Shown: one piece after another, positions 37,323-49,740 of the stretch
How positions within the stretch are numbered: the first letter of the stretch is position 1
Layout of the letters: each line of letters opens with the position of its first letter
The notes under the pieces: model-generated
Database searches by the model: none
What the model saw: the letters and a program-made list of their open reading frames with translations, nothing else
What the model was told of the DNA's origin: nothing
Assembly (NCBI RefSeq): GCF_018350175.1
Contig: NC_058368.1
Coordinates: 176,578,001-176,642,000 of the forward strand
DNA: 64,000 bases
Origin: Felis catus
Lineage: Eukaryota
Direction: 5' to 3'
Position numbers and translations under genes: made by a program

Positions 37323-38878
37323 AACCTTCCAGGGCACCAAAGGGAAGGGAATGTGGAAGAGTCTAGCTCCTGAGGGAGCACCCCTGAGGCAGGGAAGCAA
37401 GATGGTGTTAGTCAGAAACAAGAAGCCACCAAAGCCTCATTTCATCCAGGAGTCACATGTCTTGTCCATTTTCCAGTAGAAATAGAATTTAAAAGAGAGG
37501 GTTCACACGTACATCAGCATGTTTACAAACCGAAAAATAAACTCCTAGAGTGTATTGACTAAAAGTCAGGCTGACCTGGCTTCGTGGTTTGGCAGAGAAG
37601 GTTGACTTTGCTATTCAGTCTGCATGATGGAGTTTTCTGGAAAATGAATGAGCAGAAGCTTTGGATGAGATTTTATTTAAAGCTCTTGTTCAGTGTGCAG
37701 CATGCTGGCAATTATATCCTTTGCAACTGTTTACATTTACGGTAAACACATTTAGATGCCAATGAACAAATGCGCGATGTGTGTAGCTTTGAAAATTCTT
37801 GTGAGGGGCTGTGGGAGCCCAAATTTGAAGACCCCTGTCTTCATAGATGTTCTGAGTGGACTGTCCAAGAGAGAGGGGCAGGAAGGGCCCTATGGAGGCT
37901 GAAGAGCATAGGAAAAGGCCTGGAAGCCAGTCTAAGCCGGGAAGGATACAGGGGAGGAAGGAGAGAGGGTCTCTGGCCTGCCAGGGAGCCCTGAAGGGTC
38001 CCCCTGGAGGCCTGTAAAGGGAAGGGGAAGAGGCCCAGGACCTGGGGAAGTGTAGCCCACGGGGGCTGGCCAAAAAAAAAAAAAAAAGCGAGGGGCTGGG
38101 AGCCTTCTGAGGAACAGGTGGTAGAGCAGGTGTAAAAGAAGAAAGCAAAGAAAGGAGGGCATCCCTGGCCCCCCATTGTGTGTGGCCACAGCTCCTGAAA
38201 AGACCCAACAAAGCAGGCCCCCTATACTGGCAGCTGCCTTGAAAAGGCCTTGTGCCCACCCATCTGCCACCAGCTCCCATCCCCCACCACTGCCAGGGTC
38301 TCCCAGCAACATTGGCCCCATCCTCACCAGATGAGGGGTGGGGAGGGAGGTGGAATGCCACCCTGCCACCTGGCCCTCTGCCTGGGGACAGAGACTGCTG
38401 GGGGCCACCCTGTCCTTCACACCTCTCTTCAGAACATTGTCAATACCAAAGATAGTAGCTATAATAAAGATAAAAGGTTCAAATAGTGCCCAAGTGGCAG
38501 AAAGAGCTAAGTGAAGTTGCTCTGTCTAGAAGTCTCCACTGTAGGCAGTTTGCTGTGTATTCTGGTCCTCTTGGTATCTCTTGTCAAATACTCCCCAAGA
38601 GAAAATAGCCAGGGCTTCAGAGTCCGCCAGCTGGCTGCACCCTAGATCTGTCACTGCTGTGTGACCTCAGACAAGTTCTTTACTTCTCTGAGCCTTACTG
38701 CTTTATCTGCTATTTACCAATCCTAGAGTATGAATGCAAGGGCTCAGGGTCCACCACAGAGGGAATTGCTTTCGCCTATCCCTCCTCCAGCAAATTTGAA
38801 GGTGGTAGGGAGGTCCCCACCTTGGGGAGGACAGCAGGACACTTTTAGTACTGTCCTCCTGCGTCACCACCCCCCACT

Positions 38879-38879
<1 letters not shown>

Positions 38880-38926
<47 letters not shown>
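38880..38926. repeat. (CG)n(CA)n microsatellite
   Basis: Read directly. Confidence 0.93.
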
Positions 38927-38928
<2 letters not shown>

Positions 38929-40619
38929 AGAGGCCGCTGAGGTCCCTGCCCTAAGGAAGGTCCAGCCTGGTGGGCGAGACAGACAGGAAACCACATGTCG
39001 AGTATAATGTCGGGGTGATGCGTGGAATGAGGGAAAATAAATCAGCAGTGTGTAGGGGGGAGGCCTTTCTGAGGAGGGATCTGTGAGGAGGGAGGCAGGA
39101 AGGAAGCCAGGTGGATGGCTGGGGAAGGTGCACCGGGCAAAGGGACTGCGTGGCGGGGTGAGCTGGGAGGCAGCTCCGTGTACTGCAGATGACAAAGGTC
39201 TTCCCTGAGGGAAGGGTGGCCCAGAGGAAGAAAAGCGAAGACGCTGGTTCAAGGCTACCGAGGTGGTAAGTCGCTGAGCTGAGAGGTTTCAACCCCCATC
39301 TTTCTGACCCCAAAGTTCTTGACCCTGAGGGTTGCACAGCTGAACACCTGCCTGATGCTCTTCATGGTACCAAAAGGTAACATGCTCCCCCCTCCCTGGG
39401 GGACTGGGGGTGGGGTGAGGGAGGCTTCCGAAAGAGGACTTCTGCTCAGCCTGCCTTGGCAGGGCCCAGAGGCCCTCCCTTCCTCCAGATTCCTGTCTGT
39501 CCCGTCTCTAGCTGCCCCAGAGCTGCACCCCAGGGGAGGGGCTCCAGGACCAGGCATCCCTCTGACCTATCCCAGCCGCCCCGGGCTACTCTGTCAGACA
39601 GCGGGGTCCCTGCCCAGCCCACCCCAGCTGGGGGCCCTCAGACAGCTGAAGGGGTGAATGGCCCCGGCCTGGGCCTCCTGCCAGCACCGGCCTCTCTCTG
39701 GCCTCGGACGCCACAGCTGAGGACTTGAACCAGGGCCTGAGACGGTCCAAGAGCCGTTGCCGAGTACTAACGAGTGAATGAATGAATGAAAGAGGGGGCG
39801 GCTGTCTGAATGAAAGGGATGGCCAAGAAGACAGGTGACGTGGGGGAGCGTGGGCTGCCAGGCCCCGGGAGGAGGTCAGAGGAGGGTGCCGCAAAGGGCC
39901 AGACTCAGGTGGACCTCCTTCACCCCTGCCTCTCAGGCTGACGCGTCCTCTGTGAAATGGACCCACGGCGGACTCTGCGGGCAGTAAACGCCTCTCCCAC
40001 CCTCCAGTTCGGTTCTGGCCTCTGGCCAAAGGCAGTCAGGCTCGGAGAGCTGCTGACCCCACCTGAACCCCTCTGCACACAAGAGCGGAGCCCCCGCGAC
40101 GAGCCTGCAGTGCAGATCCCGGCCCCGTGGGCTCTGCCAGTATTTCGGGACCCATCACATGAGAACAGGCTGAGGATCCCCCTATTTTTAGCAACCAAGC
40201 TTCACATACCTGTTCCTCCCCGCCCCCCACCCCCCACTGGGAACCAAATCTCGGATAAACATCCGCTCACACCCACCAAATAATTCCTTAAATAAAATAG
40301 CTGCATTTTGGCATCCCCTGTGCTCAAAATATACGCTCCTTGGATTTTTAATATCACACGTGGTCCGCATAATTTTAACCCAAGTGCATCAGCTGTTGAC
40401 TGCCTTATTACTCGAGTTGCTGTTTGGGGGCGTCAGGATAACAAGGGCCCATTGGCAGGCTCGGTGGGTGTGGGGGGTCCTGGTGCGCAATCCTGGTCTG
40501 TGTGAGGGATCTGGCTCTCCCGATCCTGCAGGGAAGGGCCAGTAATCATAGTCAGGTCTACCAGCTACTGAGCTGGGCTTTCTATATCCATTCTGCTCAC
40601 AGCAGCAAGTCTCACTCTG

Positions 40620-41200
40620 TGACATGACTGTGGCTGAACCCTTCCAGTGGTGTCCCCTCCAGTGGGTAAAAGCCCACTTCCTGATGCCCACAAGGCCTAC
40701 CCGGATGTGGCTCCTATGGACCTTTCCCACCCCCCTTCCCACCAGTCAGGCCTGTGCTGACCATAGTCCCCGCCACACTAGCCGCCTTCTGCTTTTTAAG
40801 CGCGCCGAACTTCATTGAGCCTCAGGGCCTTTGCACATGCTGTTTACCCTGCCTGGAATGTTTTTTCCTTTAGGTGTCCTAAGTGGCTTCACCTCATCAC
40901 TCAGGTCTCAGCTCAAGTGTCATCTCCTCAGAGAGACTCTCTGGGTCCTCCCCACCCTGACTAGTTGGACTTAACTTTCCTACTCCTCCTCCCTCAGGCA
41001 CAGGTTATCTTAGCACTCCGTTTTCTTTTTTCAAAGACTTTCTGAAACCATCATGATAGGGCTACTCATTTATTGTCTTCCTTCCCGCTGGATGGTCTGC
41101 AGCATGAGAGCAAGAATCTCGTCTGCCTTGTTCACTGCTGTATCTTCAGCGTTCATGCGCACATAGTAGATGCTTAAGAAACATCTGGTCCGTAAATGAC
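40620..41200 (+). mobile_element. L2 LINE 3' portion
   Basis: cctcagggcctttgcacatgctgtt...ctcaggtctcagctcaagtgtcatctcctcagagag...gtctgccttgttcactgctgtatc...acatagtagatgctt. Confidence 0.8.
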
Positions 41201-43885
41201 TAAATGATTTCTCACAACAGCCCCCAACAATTCTATTGCTATTTCTCCAATTGTAAAGCTGAGAAAACTGAGACCCAGAGAGGCTATTTCGGGGTCTAAG
41301 GCAAGACCCAGAGAGATTTGCCCGAGGCCACCCAATCTGTATGTGGGGATCCTCCCAGTGGGCCTGGGGTTTGGAATCCAGCACTGAGCCCAAACTTTCC
41401 TTCACTCCTCAGTGAATAAAACTTGAGGGGCATGAGTTGTAAGGCTGAGCAAAGCTTGCCTAAATCCACCAGAGCCAGGCCGCCGTGCAGAGAGGACAGG
41501 CCTTTGACCACAGCCCACAGGTGACAGGACAGGACCTGCACCCACAAGACGATCGTGTCATTCAGGTCAGCTTGTTGTCATAAAATCAGGTCATTGAAGG
41601 ACATTACTGTCACCGTAAAGGGCCCTGGGATGAAGGTGAGAGGGAGGAGCCTTTTCAGAAACTTTCATGCCAACCCCCCAAATCTTTCACCAGTTCAGAG
41701 AGAAAGGAACTCACACTTACTGGCCTCCTACTGTGTGTCAAATGCCACACTAGGTGCTCTCCTTACATTCTCCCATCCAGTCTCCCCTGGGACTGTGGGA
41801 GGCAGGAGCTGTTGTGTTATGTCAAACCTAGGACGCCATCCACCGTAAAATGCCTTCTGATTTCAGACGCACCCAAAATGTGAATGAATACGCCTCGTGG
41901 AATCAACGCAACCTGGAATTCTCTTCCTCTTACAAGGATGCTCGGGCTCAGAGAGGAGCCGCGATGATCCCTGACGGTGGCCCTCGTTTCAGTTCTCTGA
42001 ACTGGTTCCAATCCTCTGTCCCAGAACTGCCTCCTTCCAGTTCTCACCCTCTCCATGGGGCTTCCCGTCACCAAGCCATCCTTGCTTTCTTGCTGTTTCT
42101 TCTGCCTGGAGTGCCCTTCCCTGTCACTGCCCCGCCTCAACCTGGTGAACTCCCGTCCACCTTGCCCCTGCCCAGCCCAGCCCAGACGTGACCCTCTCTT
42201 TGGCCCTCCCTGGCCTCTGTGGTCTGTGGACCAGTCTCTGGTTGGCAGCTTGTGAAAAGGGGGTTGTCACTTCTTCATGGGTCGTGACTGAGTCTTGTTC
42301 CCTCCCGTCTGTCAGCAGCAACAGAGATGGAATCACCTGAAGGTGATTCTTTCCTCTGTGTCTGGGACCCTCAGACCACAACGGGCACAAGAATCGTGAG
42401 GAGCAGTGTGTTTGAAATACAGAGTCCTGGCCTTGCCCTGGAGTTCCTGATTTGACCGGTCTGGGTGAGACCCCGGAATCCGCACTTTGACAACCCCACC
42501 CTGTGACTCTGTCGGGGGAGACTTTGCAAACCACCGCTCTAAGCTTTAGTCTGAGGTCATCTTGACCAGCAGGATGGTCCCAAGGGAGCCGCTGCCCCGT
42601 GAAATGCGTAATCAGTGCCCTCCTGTTTATAAGGTGGGAAAGCGATACAGTAATGAACAGCCAACGTTTTATGAGTATCGTTCGTCTTATTTTATTATAT
42701 GGTCTTATTATTATTTATTATTGCCCCGAAAGTTCATTACTATGTTGCGCGGTCCCATCCAGGCTGACCTACCTGTTTATTCCCACGTGAGTCAAAACCT
42801 AACGCTCCTGTTCCTTGATCCCTTAGGGTTCTGTGTGTTGCTGGCTGACAGCCGGCTCCCAGCCATCGCCGGGTGGCAGTTCAGAGGTGTGCTGTGTAGT
42901 TGTGGCCGTCTGTCTGCTGCCCGTTCATGAAAGTTCTCAGGACATAACAGCCTCATGCAAAAGAGTGACGCTGGTGGCAGAGTTCTGGGCACGGCTGCAA
43001 GCCGCCGATGGTAGGTGCAGGGACTTAGGTGTAAGTTCCTGCCACTTGCTAGGTGGCCTACCAGTAGTTTCTAGAAAAACTGAAGGGCCTAGACTTTACT
43101 CCTGAGACCTCCTGTTTGCAGCCTTACTCGACGCCCTTACAACTTTTCCAACATCACTTTCCCCAGACACGAGGCTGGAGGGGTGAGTGGGAGCCTGGCC
43201 GATGACAGCCCCAGGCCCGAAGGGTTGGCCACTCATCTGAGGATAGTGGGAGCCACGGAGGGATTCTGAGCAAGCGGCAAGGGGGTTGGAGGACAGAGAG
43301 TTTGGGGACATGTACCCCAGTCAGGAGGCTGTTGCAATATTTCATCCATCCAGCATTTGCAGAAGGCCTCCTGATGAATAAAGGAGGTCGCTGCCCTCAC
43401 GAGCCTACAGCCCAGCCACTCACGGACACGTAGACATGCAGTTCCTTCAGGCTTTTGCAGGAAACACTAGTTCATTTCACAACTGATGATGAGGCTGGAG
43501 GAATCTGCCCACAGAACTCCCCCTACTCTTGTTCTCCCTCTTAGAGGCCAATGACCTGGGACAATTTGATTCTCTGCTTCAAACCTCAATTCCTACCTCT
43601 ACAAAATGGGCACCAAAATAAAACCTACCTCACAGTCTTAGTCTGAGGAGGAAACAGATATGTGGCCATGCCTGGAATGTGAAGTGTCCTATATGGATTG
43701 GGGGGGGGGGGGGAGGGGACGAGGCCAGAGGGCACACTGGTAGAATGAGAGGAGCAGATGTTTCTACCAAGTCTGTCAATAAGTAGGAGGTGCAGACAGA
43801 GCAGAGGGACATTTGAGAAGGAGGCTGATTTTCCTCAAGACTGTACTGTGTGGTTGTTGCCCCTGTCCTTCTGCCTTCCCATCCG

Positions 43886-45561
43886 GCCTGATCAAAGCTG
43901 TACCTTCAAACTTAGAGATAACCCTGTGCACACTAAAACTCTCGCCTGCAGTAACCTTTTCTTTCCAATACACCGAGAGTCTCTCCTACACAAACCGGAT
44001 CATGTCACACTCCCACTTAAGTGGTTTCCTATCCTTTTGGGACCCGATACAGCTCCCCTCTGTGGTCCACTGAGCTTTGCACGGCCTAACGCCTGCCATC
44101 TTCTGGCTTTATCTCCCTCTTCTTGGTTCCACCCATGAGACCTGCTCCCTCCAGGCACCTGCTCTTCGTCCATTCTGTTTCCTTTGCCTTTGGAATGATG
44201 TCCATCACCACCCCCTTCCCTAAGTACCTCCCTCAAACCTCAGGGAAGCCTTGTCTTTACCCCTCCTCTCTCTCACTTTGCTGTGAGTTCATGGATCCCC
44301 CCCACTTTTCCTTTGTGGCACCTCTCATGGGTACCAGTGTGCATTTATTCACAGCATTTAGTTACTGCCTTTTCTCGTAGTCTGTGAGCTCATGCAGGCA
44401 GCAGCCATAATAGTAATCCGTTCACGACTGTGTTCCTGCCTCCTGGCACAGGGCCAGCACGTAGTAGGTGCTCAATAAATGCTGGCTGGATGGACAAAGG
44501 AGAGAAGTCATTGGGAAAGAAGGACCTACCATGTGTACAGAGCTGAGACGAGCAGGGTGGGGGTGTGGATGGGTGTGGCAAGAATGGGGAGAGACCGACA
44601 CTGGCTTCCTATTACCCCCAAAGCAGGGGACGCTTCCCCATGTCTGAGTCAGAGAGGTCTGGACCCACTTGCTTGGCCCACTCATAACTTGGCTGTGTGA
44701 CCTGGCAAGTCCCTTGGCCTCTCTGGGCCTCAGATCCCTCATCTTGGAAACCATCATAGCTGCACTCTGCATTGTTGGAGGTTGAAGTGAGTGATTAGAG
44801 GCAGAATGTCAGGCCCTGCGCCTGGCACACAGTAGGTGCTCGATAAACGTTCATTCCCTTCACATTGCAAATACACATGTAACGTAGTCAGTCCCTCAGG
44901 AGAACACGTTTAGATCTCTCTCTCTGCACCGGCGAGCAGGCCTTAAAAAACCACATCAACGCCATATTTGTGCTTGAGGAAGGGAAGGGAAGACGTTTCT
45001 TTGTGAATTCGATTTCGTGGGAGACAATGTTTGAGTCAGAAGATTCCTGTCTGGGGCCCGGTAGTATTAACTGTGGGGAAGGCGTGATGGCAGCGGCCAG
45101 TGGGTGAGGGCCAGCTTGCGCAGCTCAGGGCACCGGGACGCAGCCAGTGTGCCCGCTGCGCCTACAGTTCCCCTGTTAGCGTCACCCCTTTGCATTAACT
45201 GTGCTCAGTCTCTGAAAAACTAGCTCTCTGGTCACAGTGGGTCCCTGTGGGGGCCGGGCAGGGGGTGGGAGCCGCGTCTGGGGGGGGGGGGGATGTTACA
45301 TGTATGAAGTGTAAACCTCTACCTGAAAAGAAGCTGATAGCGAAGCAGGGGAGCGACCCACACACAGAGAAAACAATGAGGGTTTGTTTTTCCACAGCTT
45401 GAGTGAGACCGTGAGTCAGCGGGCGGATCAGGAGGGGGAAGGTTCCAGCTGGAGACACTCAAAGCCGCCCTCGGTTCTCTGAGGGAGACTCACGGGGGCT
45501 GTGCGTCCCTCTGCGCTCCTCCCACACCCCAGCCTGACCAAAGCTGTACCTTCAAACTTAG
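43886..45561. repeat. Dispersed 30-bp direct repeat, two copies (43886-43915 and 45532-45561)
   Basis: gcctgatcaaagctgtaccttcaaacttag vs gcctgaccaaagctgtaccttcaaacttag: 29/30 identical, starts 1,646 bp apart. Confidence 0.9.
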
Positions 45562-46598
45562 CACTGCAGGAAGCACTGACCCCCTCCCCCTACACCATTC
45601 GTGTCACACGAAGGGAGCACCTATCGCATGCCATCCAATGCGACATGCTAAACACTTGCCCGGGCGATGTCTCATTTAAAAGCCCTGAGAGGTACGGAAT
45701 ATTGTACCTCTTTCACAGGGGAGGACACCGAGGCTCAGAGAGGTGGAGTCACTTGCCCCAGGCAGCACAGGAAGTCAGCGGGAAGCCCTCCGGAGGAGTC
45801 TACAAACTTCCCTCAGACGATTTGATAATGATCTGCAGCCAAAGGCCTCCAAATGCACCTGCTTTTGACCTAGTTGCTCAACTTTAGAACCTGAGGATTA
45901 TAATAAGACAAGACTCTCAGCAGTTCAGCCCTCTGCAAAGCCAAGCAGCATTCGCCACCGTGGTGAAAAGCTGGAAGCCACCGTTCAACCACAGGGAGTT
46001 TGTTAAATACGCTCCGGCAACGGAATACGATGCAACCATTAAAAAGAATGTTTGGAAGCTTTTCGCCGGTGTTGAAAACGCTCACAAACGGCGGGGCCAA
46101 GATTTGACCCGTCTCTGAAATCCCTGAATTGCACTTTGGGCTCAGTCCCTCATCAGCGGTGTGACCTTGGGCAATCGGCTATCTCTCTGTGTCTCTGTTC
46201 CTTCATTTTAACCCGGGGATAAGGAGTTATAAGAAGTAGATGATTTAATACGTGTAAGCACTGGGAACAGCACCTAGCATGCAGCAAACAACCTGGAAGC
46301 GTGAGCTATTATTAGATCTGTGGGTTGGGAAATTTGGAGCCATTATTTCTTCAAACATTTTTCTGTCCTGCAGAATCACACATCTATTAAGCTGCTTGAA
46401 AGCTGTTCCACAGCTCACTGATGCTCTACTTTTTTAAATTCTCTTCTCTTTGTGTTTCGTTCTGGGTAGTTCCTATTGTTACAGCTGTACGTTTACTAAT
46501 CTTCCGCCGTTAATCCCACCCCGCGTGGCTTCTCATATGTTGTAGTCTCCATTTCCAGAAGTTCGTGTTCTATCTTCCAAGTCTCTTGTTAACTTTTT

Positions 46599-46819
46599 TT
46601 TTTTAATTTTTTTTTTCAACGTTTATTTATTTTTGGGACAGAGAGAGACAGAGCATGAACGGGGGCGGGGCAGAGAGAGAGGGAGACACAGAATCGGAAA
46701 CAGGCTCCAGGCTCTGAGCCATCAGCCCAGAGCCTGACGCGGGGCTCGAACTCACGGACCGAGAGATCGTGACCTGGCTGAAGTCGGACGCTTAACCGAC
46801 TGCGCCACCCAGGCGCCCC
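46599..46819 (-). mobile_element. Young felid CAN-SINE (SINEC_Fc-like)
   Basis: Full length with CpGs intact. Perfect TSD tcttgttaacttttt (46584-46598 / 46820-46834). Confidence 0.97.
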
Positions 46820-47089
46820 TCTTGTTAACTTTTTAAACATAGGGAATGCAGTGAAAATAACTGTCTTAATGTCCTTGTCTCCTAATTCTAACACCTGTGT
46901 CAGTTCTGGGTCAGCTTTCACTGACTGCTTTTCTCCTAATTATGGGTCCTATTTTCTTGCCTCTTTGGATGCCTGGAAATTTTTGATTGGATGCCAGAGA
47001 TTGTGAATTTTGCCTTGTTGGGGACTGGATTGTTTTTGTGTTCCTGTGTTCTAGGGTGAAATCGAGTTACTTAGAAACAGTTAAATCCA

Positions 47090-47300
47090 GGGGCATCTGG
47101 GTGGCTCAGTTGGTTAAGCATCCGACTTCGGCTCAGGTCATGATCTCACAGTTTGTGGGTTCGAGCCCCGCGCCAGGCTCTGGGCTAACAGCTCAGAGCC
47201 TGGAGCCTGCTTCAGAGTCTGTGTCTCCCTCTCTCTGCCCCTCCCCCACTCACACTCTGTCTCTCTCTCTCTCTCAAAAATAACATGAAAGAAAGTTTTA
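47090..47300 (+). mobile_element. CAN-SINE
   Basis: ggggcatctgggtggctcagttggttaagc... with B-box ggttcgagcc. TSD agaaacagttaaatcc (47073-47088) / agaaaccgttaaatcc (47301-47316). Confidence 0.95.
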
Positions 47301-49502
47301 AGAAACCGTTAAATCCTTGCAAGTCCTGCTTTTAAGGTTTGTTAGGCTGGACCGAAGCAATGCATAGGAATTAATTCATTAGGGCTAATTATTTTCCACT
47401 ATGGAAGGTTAAGAGCCTTCTGTGTATCCTACCTGATGCTCTGTGAATCGTGAGCTTTCCACTGTGGCCGGTGAGAAGAGGCAGTCACACATCTGGCACT
47501 GCGGTGTCTAATCCTTCCAGGTGGTTCTTTCCCTCGCTCAGATAGTTTGCACACATGTGCACACTGGTGACTATGGGGCTGAATACTCAAGGGGGGGCCC
47601 TCTGAGTTTCCTGGGAGCTCTCTCTCTCCGTGCAGCTCTCTCCAGTCCAATACTCTGTTCAGGAATCGCCAGCCACGTTGGCCTCCCTGGATTCTCAATC
47701 CAGCTCTTCAACTCAGAGAAGCCATTGGGGTCTGCCTGGTCCCTTCCCCTCCCTGCACCCTGCACTGTGGCCCTGGAACTCCCTCGAGGCAGTAATCTTG
47801 GCCACATTTGTTTTCTGACTCTTGGAGATCACTCTTCTTCCATTGCTTCATGTCCCGTGTCTTAAAAACTATTATGTTGTATGTTGTGTCCATTTTTTGT
47901 TTGTTTCAGGCAAGAGGGTCGATCCAGATCCAGATCTCCACTGCGGTCTGAAGCAGAAGTCCCTGCACTAGCTGTGACTCATGGCCATCATGAAGCTTCA
48001 TGCTCTAGTCCTTTCTCAGGGCCCGTGATCTTTGGAAAGGCAAGACAGAGCAAAAAAGTGACTTGCCCGAGGTTGCACAGCTAGTAAGTGGTAGAGCCAG
48101 GATTAGCACCGGGCTTGGCTGATCCAAAGTCCCTTCTCTCTATTCAAACTGTTGCCTCTGGGCAGAGAGCTGGCCTGATCCGGGGCTGGCTGAAAAGAAG
48201 GAGGCAGGAGGGCAGGGTGCTTCCCGTCCTGAGACTCCTGTTCACCAGTGCAGGGTGGGCTGGGACCGAAGGCCAAGCTGAGGCATGACAAGGACTTTGC
48301 AGGTCCTGGAGCCCGGGTTAGTTGTTCTGCCCCCTTACTCCATCCCCTGGACCCTGGTGGTGTGGAGGGTCAGCATTTGGTGTGGGGCTGCCCCATGAAG
48401 GTAATAGGCAGAGGCAGCGGCAGTGGGAGGGCTGGGTGACAGCTGCCCTCGCCCGCCCCTCTGGGGTAGGATCCCTCTGGGCCCAGCAAGGCTGGGGGGC
48501 GGGACGAGGGAGATGGACCCTGGGTCTCCTCATTCATCTGACCCGTTGAGGCAACAGTGAACCCGTCTAAGAGACCCTTTCAGGTGCCTCCTGTGCTTTG
48601 GTCTCGGTGAGGCCGAAGCTACCCTTCTTCCTGTGGGATGCTACCACGTTTGCCACCGAAAAGAGAACAGAGAAGGGCACGAAGGGTGAAATTCCAAAGC
48701 CGGTTTTTATCACTCAGCCCTGACACCCTGCAGGAGTCCCTCAAGCCTAGAAGGAAGTCACGTTAGGGAATCTGCCTCTGTAGATACACCTGGGCAAACG
48801 ATTTCTTCTCCCTGGACGTCAGTTTCCTCCAATGTTAAATAGGAGTAATTCCCAGGGCGATTGAAAGGATTAGATAGAACAGTTTACATCGAGTTTTTAA
48901 CCTGGGTCTGCCCGGAAGGAGGTGCCCAGGAACTACCTGTTGAAGGAATAAAGCAAGGAAGGAATGTATTTGATCACAGAGCTGTGTCCTGCCTGTTCAC
49001 CCCCCAGGCTTGCCAATTCCAATTCTTCCCCAAGGGAGGCTAGGCTTCCCTGAGACTGCTTCTCCCACCCACTATCTGCCCTTCTGCCCTCCCCCCCCCC
49101 CCCGCCACTCTCCATCCACAGGAGGCTGGTGGCTAAGTTCCCTGACTTCAAATCTATCCTGAAAACCCCAACAGAGCCAGGAGGCACCAGCCTCTATTTG
49201 AACTCGGCAGTTTTTAACCAGCTCCCCCTTGGGACTCTTGGAGTCGGAAGGCCACTTTTTACATCACCACCATAAAATGTTGTTTTGTTCCAATGGACAC
49301 CACTGATGGTCTAGAACGGTGACCCTAATTCTTGCAACACCCTCTGGTCCCTGTCAAAAAAGGACGTAGCACGTGAATCAGGTTGCTATTTTCTGAAATA
49401 TAATATCATAGTCATATGCAAAAACTCAGAAAAGCATGAAGAGAAGGAAACTAAAAGATAGTTAGATAGATATATAAATAAAACATTAAAAAGTCCTCCT
49501 TA

Positions 49503-49669
49503 GGGGCGCCTGGGTGGCTCAGTCTGTTAAGCGACCGACTTCGGCTCAGGGCATGATCTCGCGGTCCAGGAGTCTGAGCCCCGCTTCGGCTCTGTGCTGT
49601 GCTGATAGCTCAGAGCCTGGAGCCTACTTCAGATGCTGTGTCTCTCTCTCTTCCTCTGCCCCGCCCCCA

Positions 49670-49717
<48 letters not shown>

Positions 49718-49740
49718 AAATAAGTAAACATGGAAAAAAA
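49503..49740 (+). mobile_element. CAN-SINE with expanded (CT)n
   Basis: ggggcgcctgggtggctcagtctgttaagcgaccgacttcgg..., long (CT)n and A-tail. Imperfect TSD aaaaagtcctcctta / aaaaaatccttctta. Confidence 0.95.

Larger units (their letters stand above)
46320..47920 (-). mobile_element. Old L1 (L1M-type) fragment interrupted by two CAN-SINEs
   Basis: ggaaatttggagccattatttcttcaaacatttttctgtcc...tcccacagctcactgatgctct...ttttcttgcctctttggatgcctggaaatttttgattggatgccaga are typical antisense L1M sequence. Confidence 0.65.

Noticed and set aside
32485..38420. 213-aa and 223-aa minus-strand ORFs
   Set aside because: They run through MIR sequence and homopolymer tracts (FFFF) and resemble no known protein.
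43886..45561. CRISPR-like array suggested by the 30-bp direct repeat
   Set aside because: Only two copies, 1.6 kb apart, in mammalian DNA, with no regular spacers and no cas-like genes.
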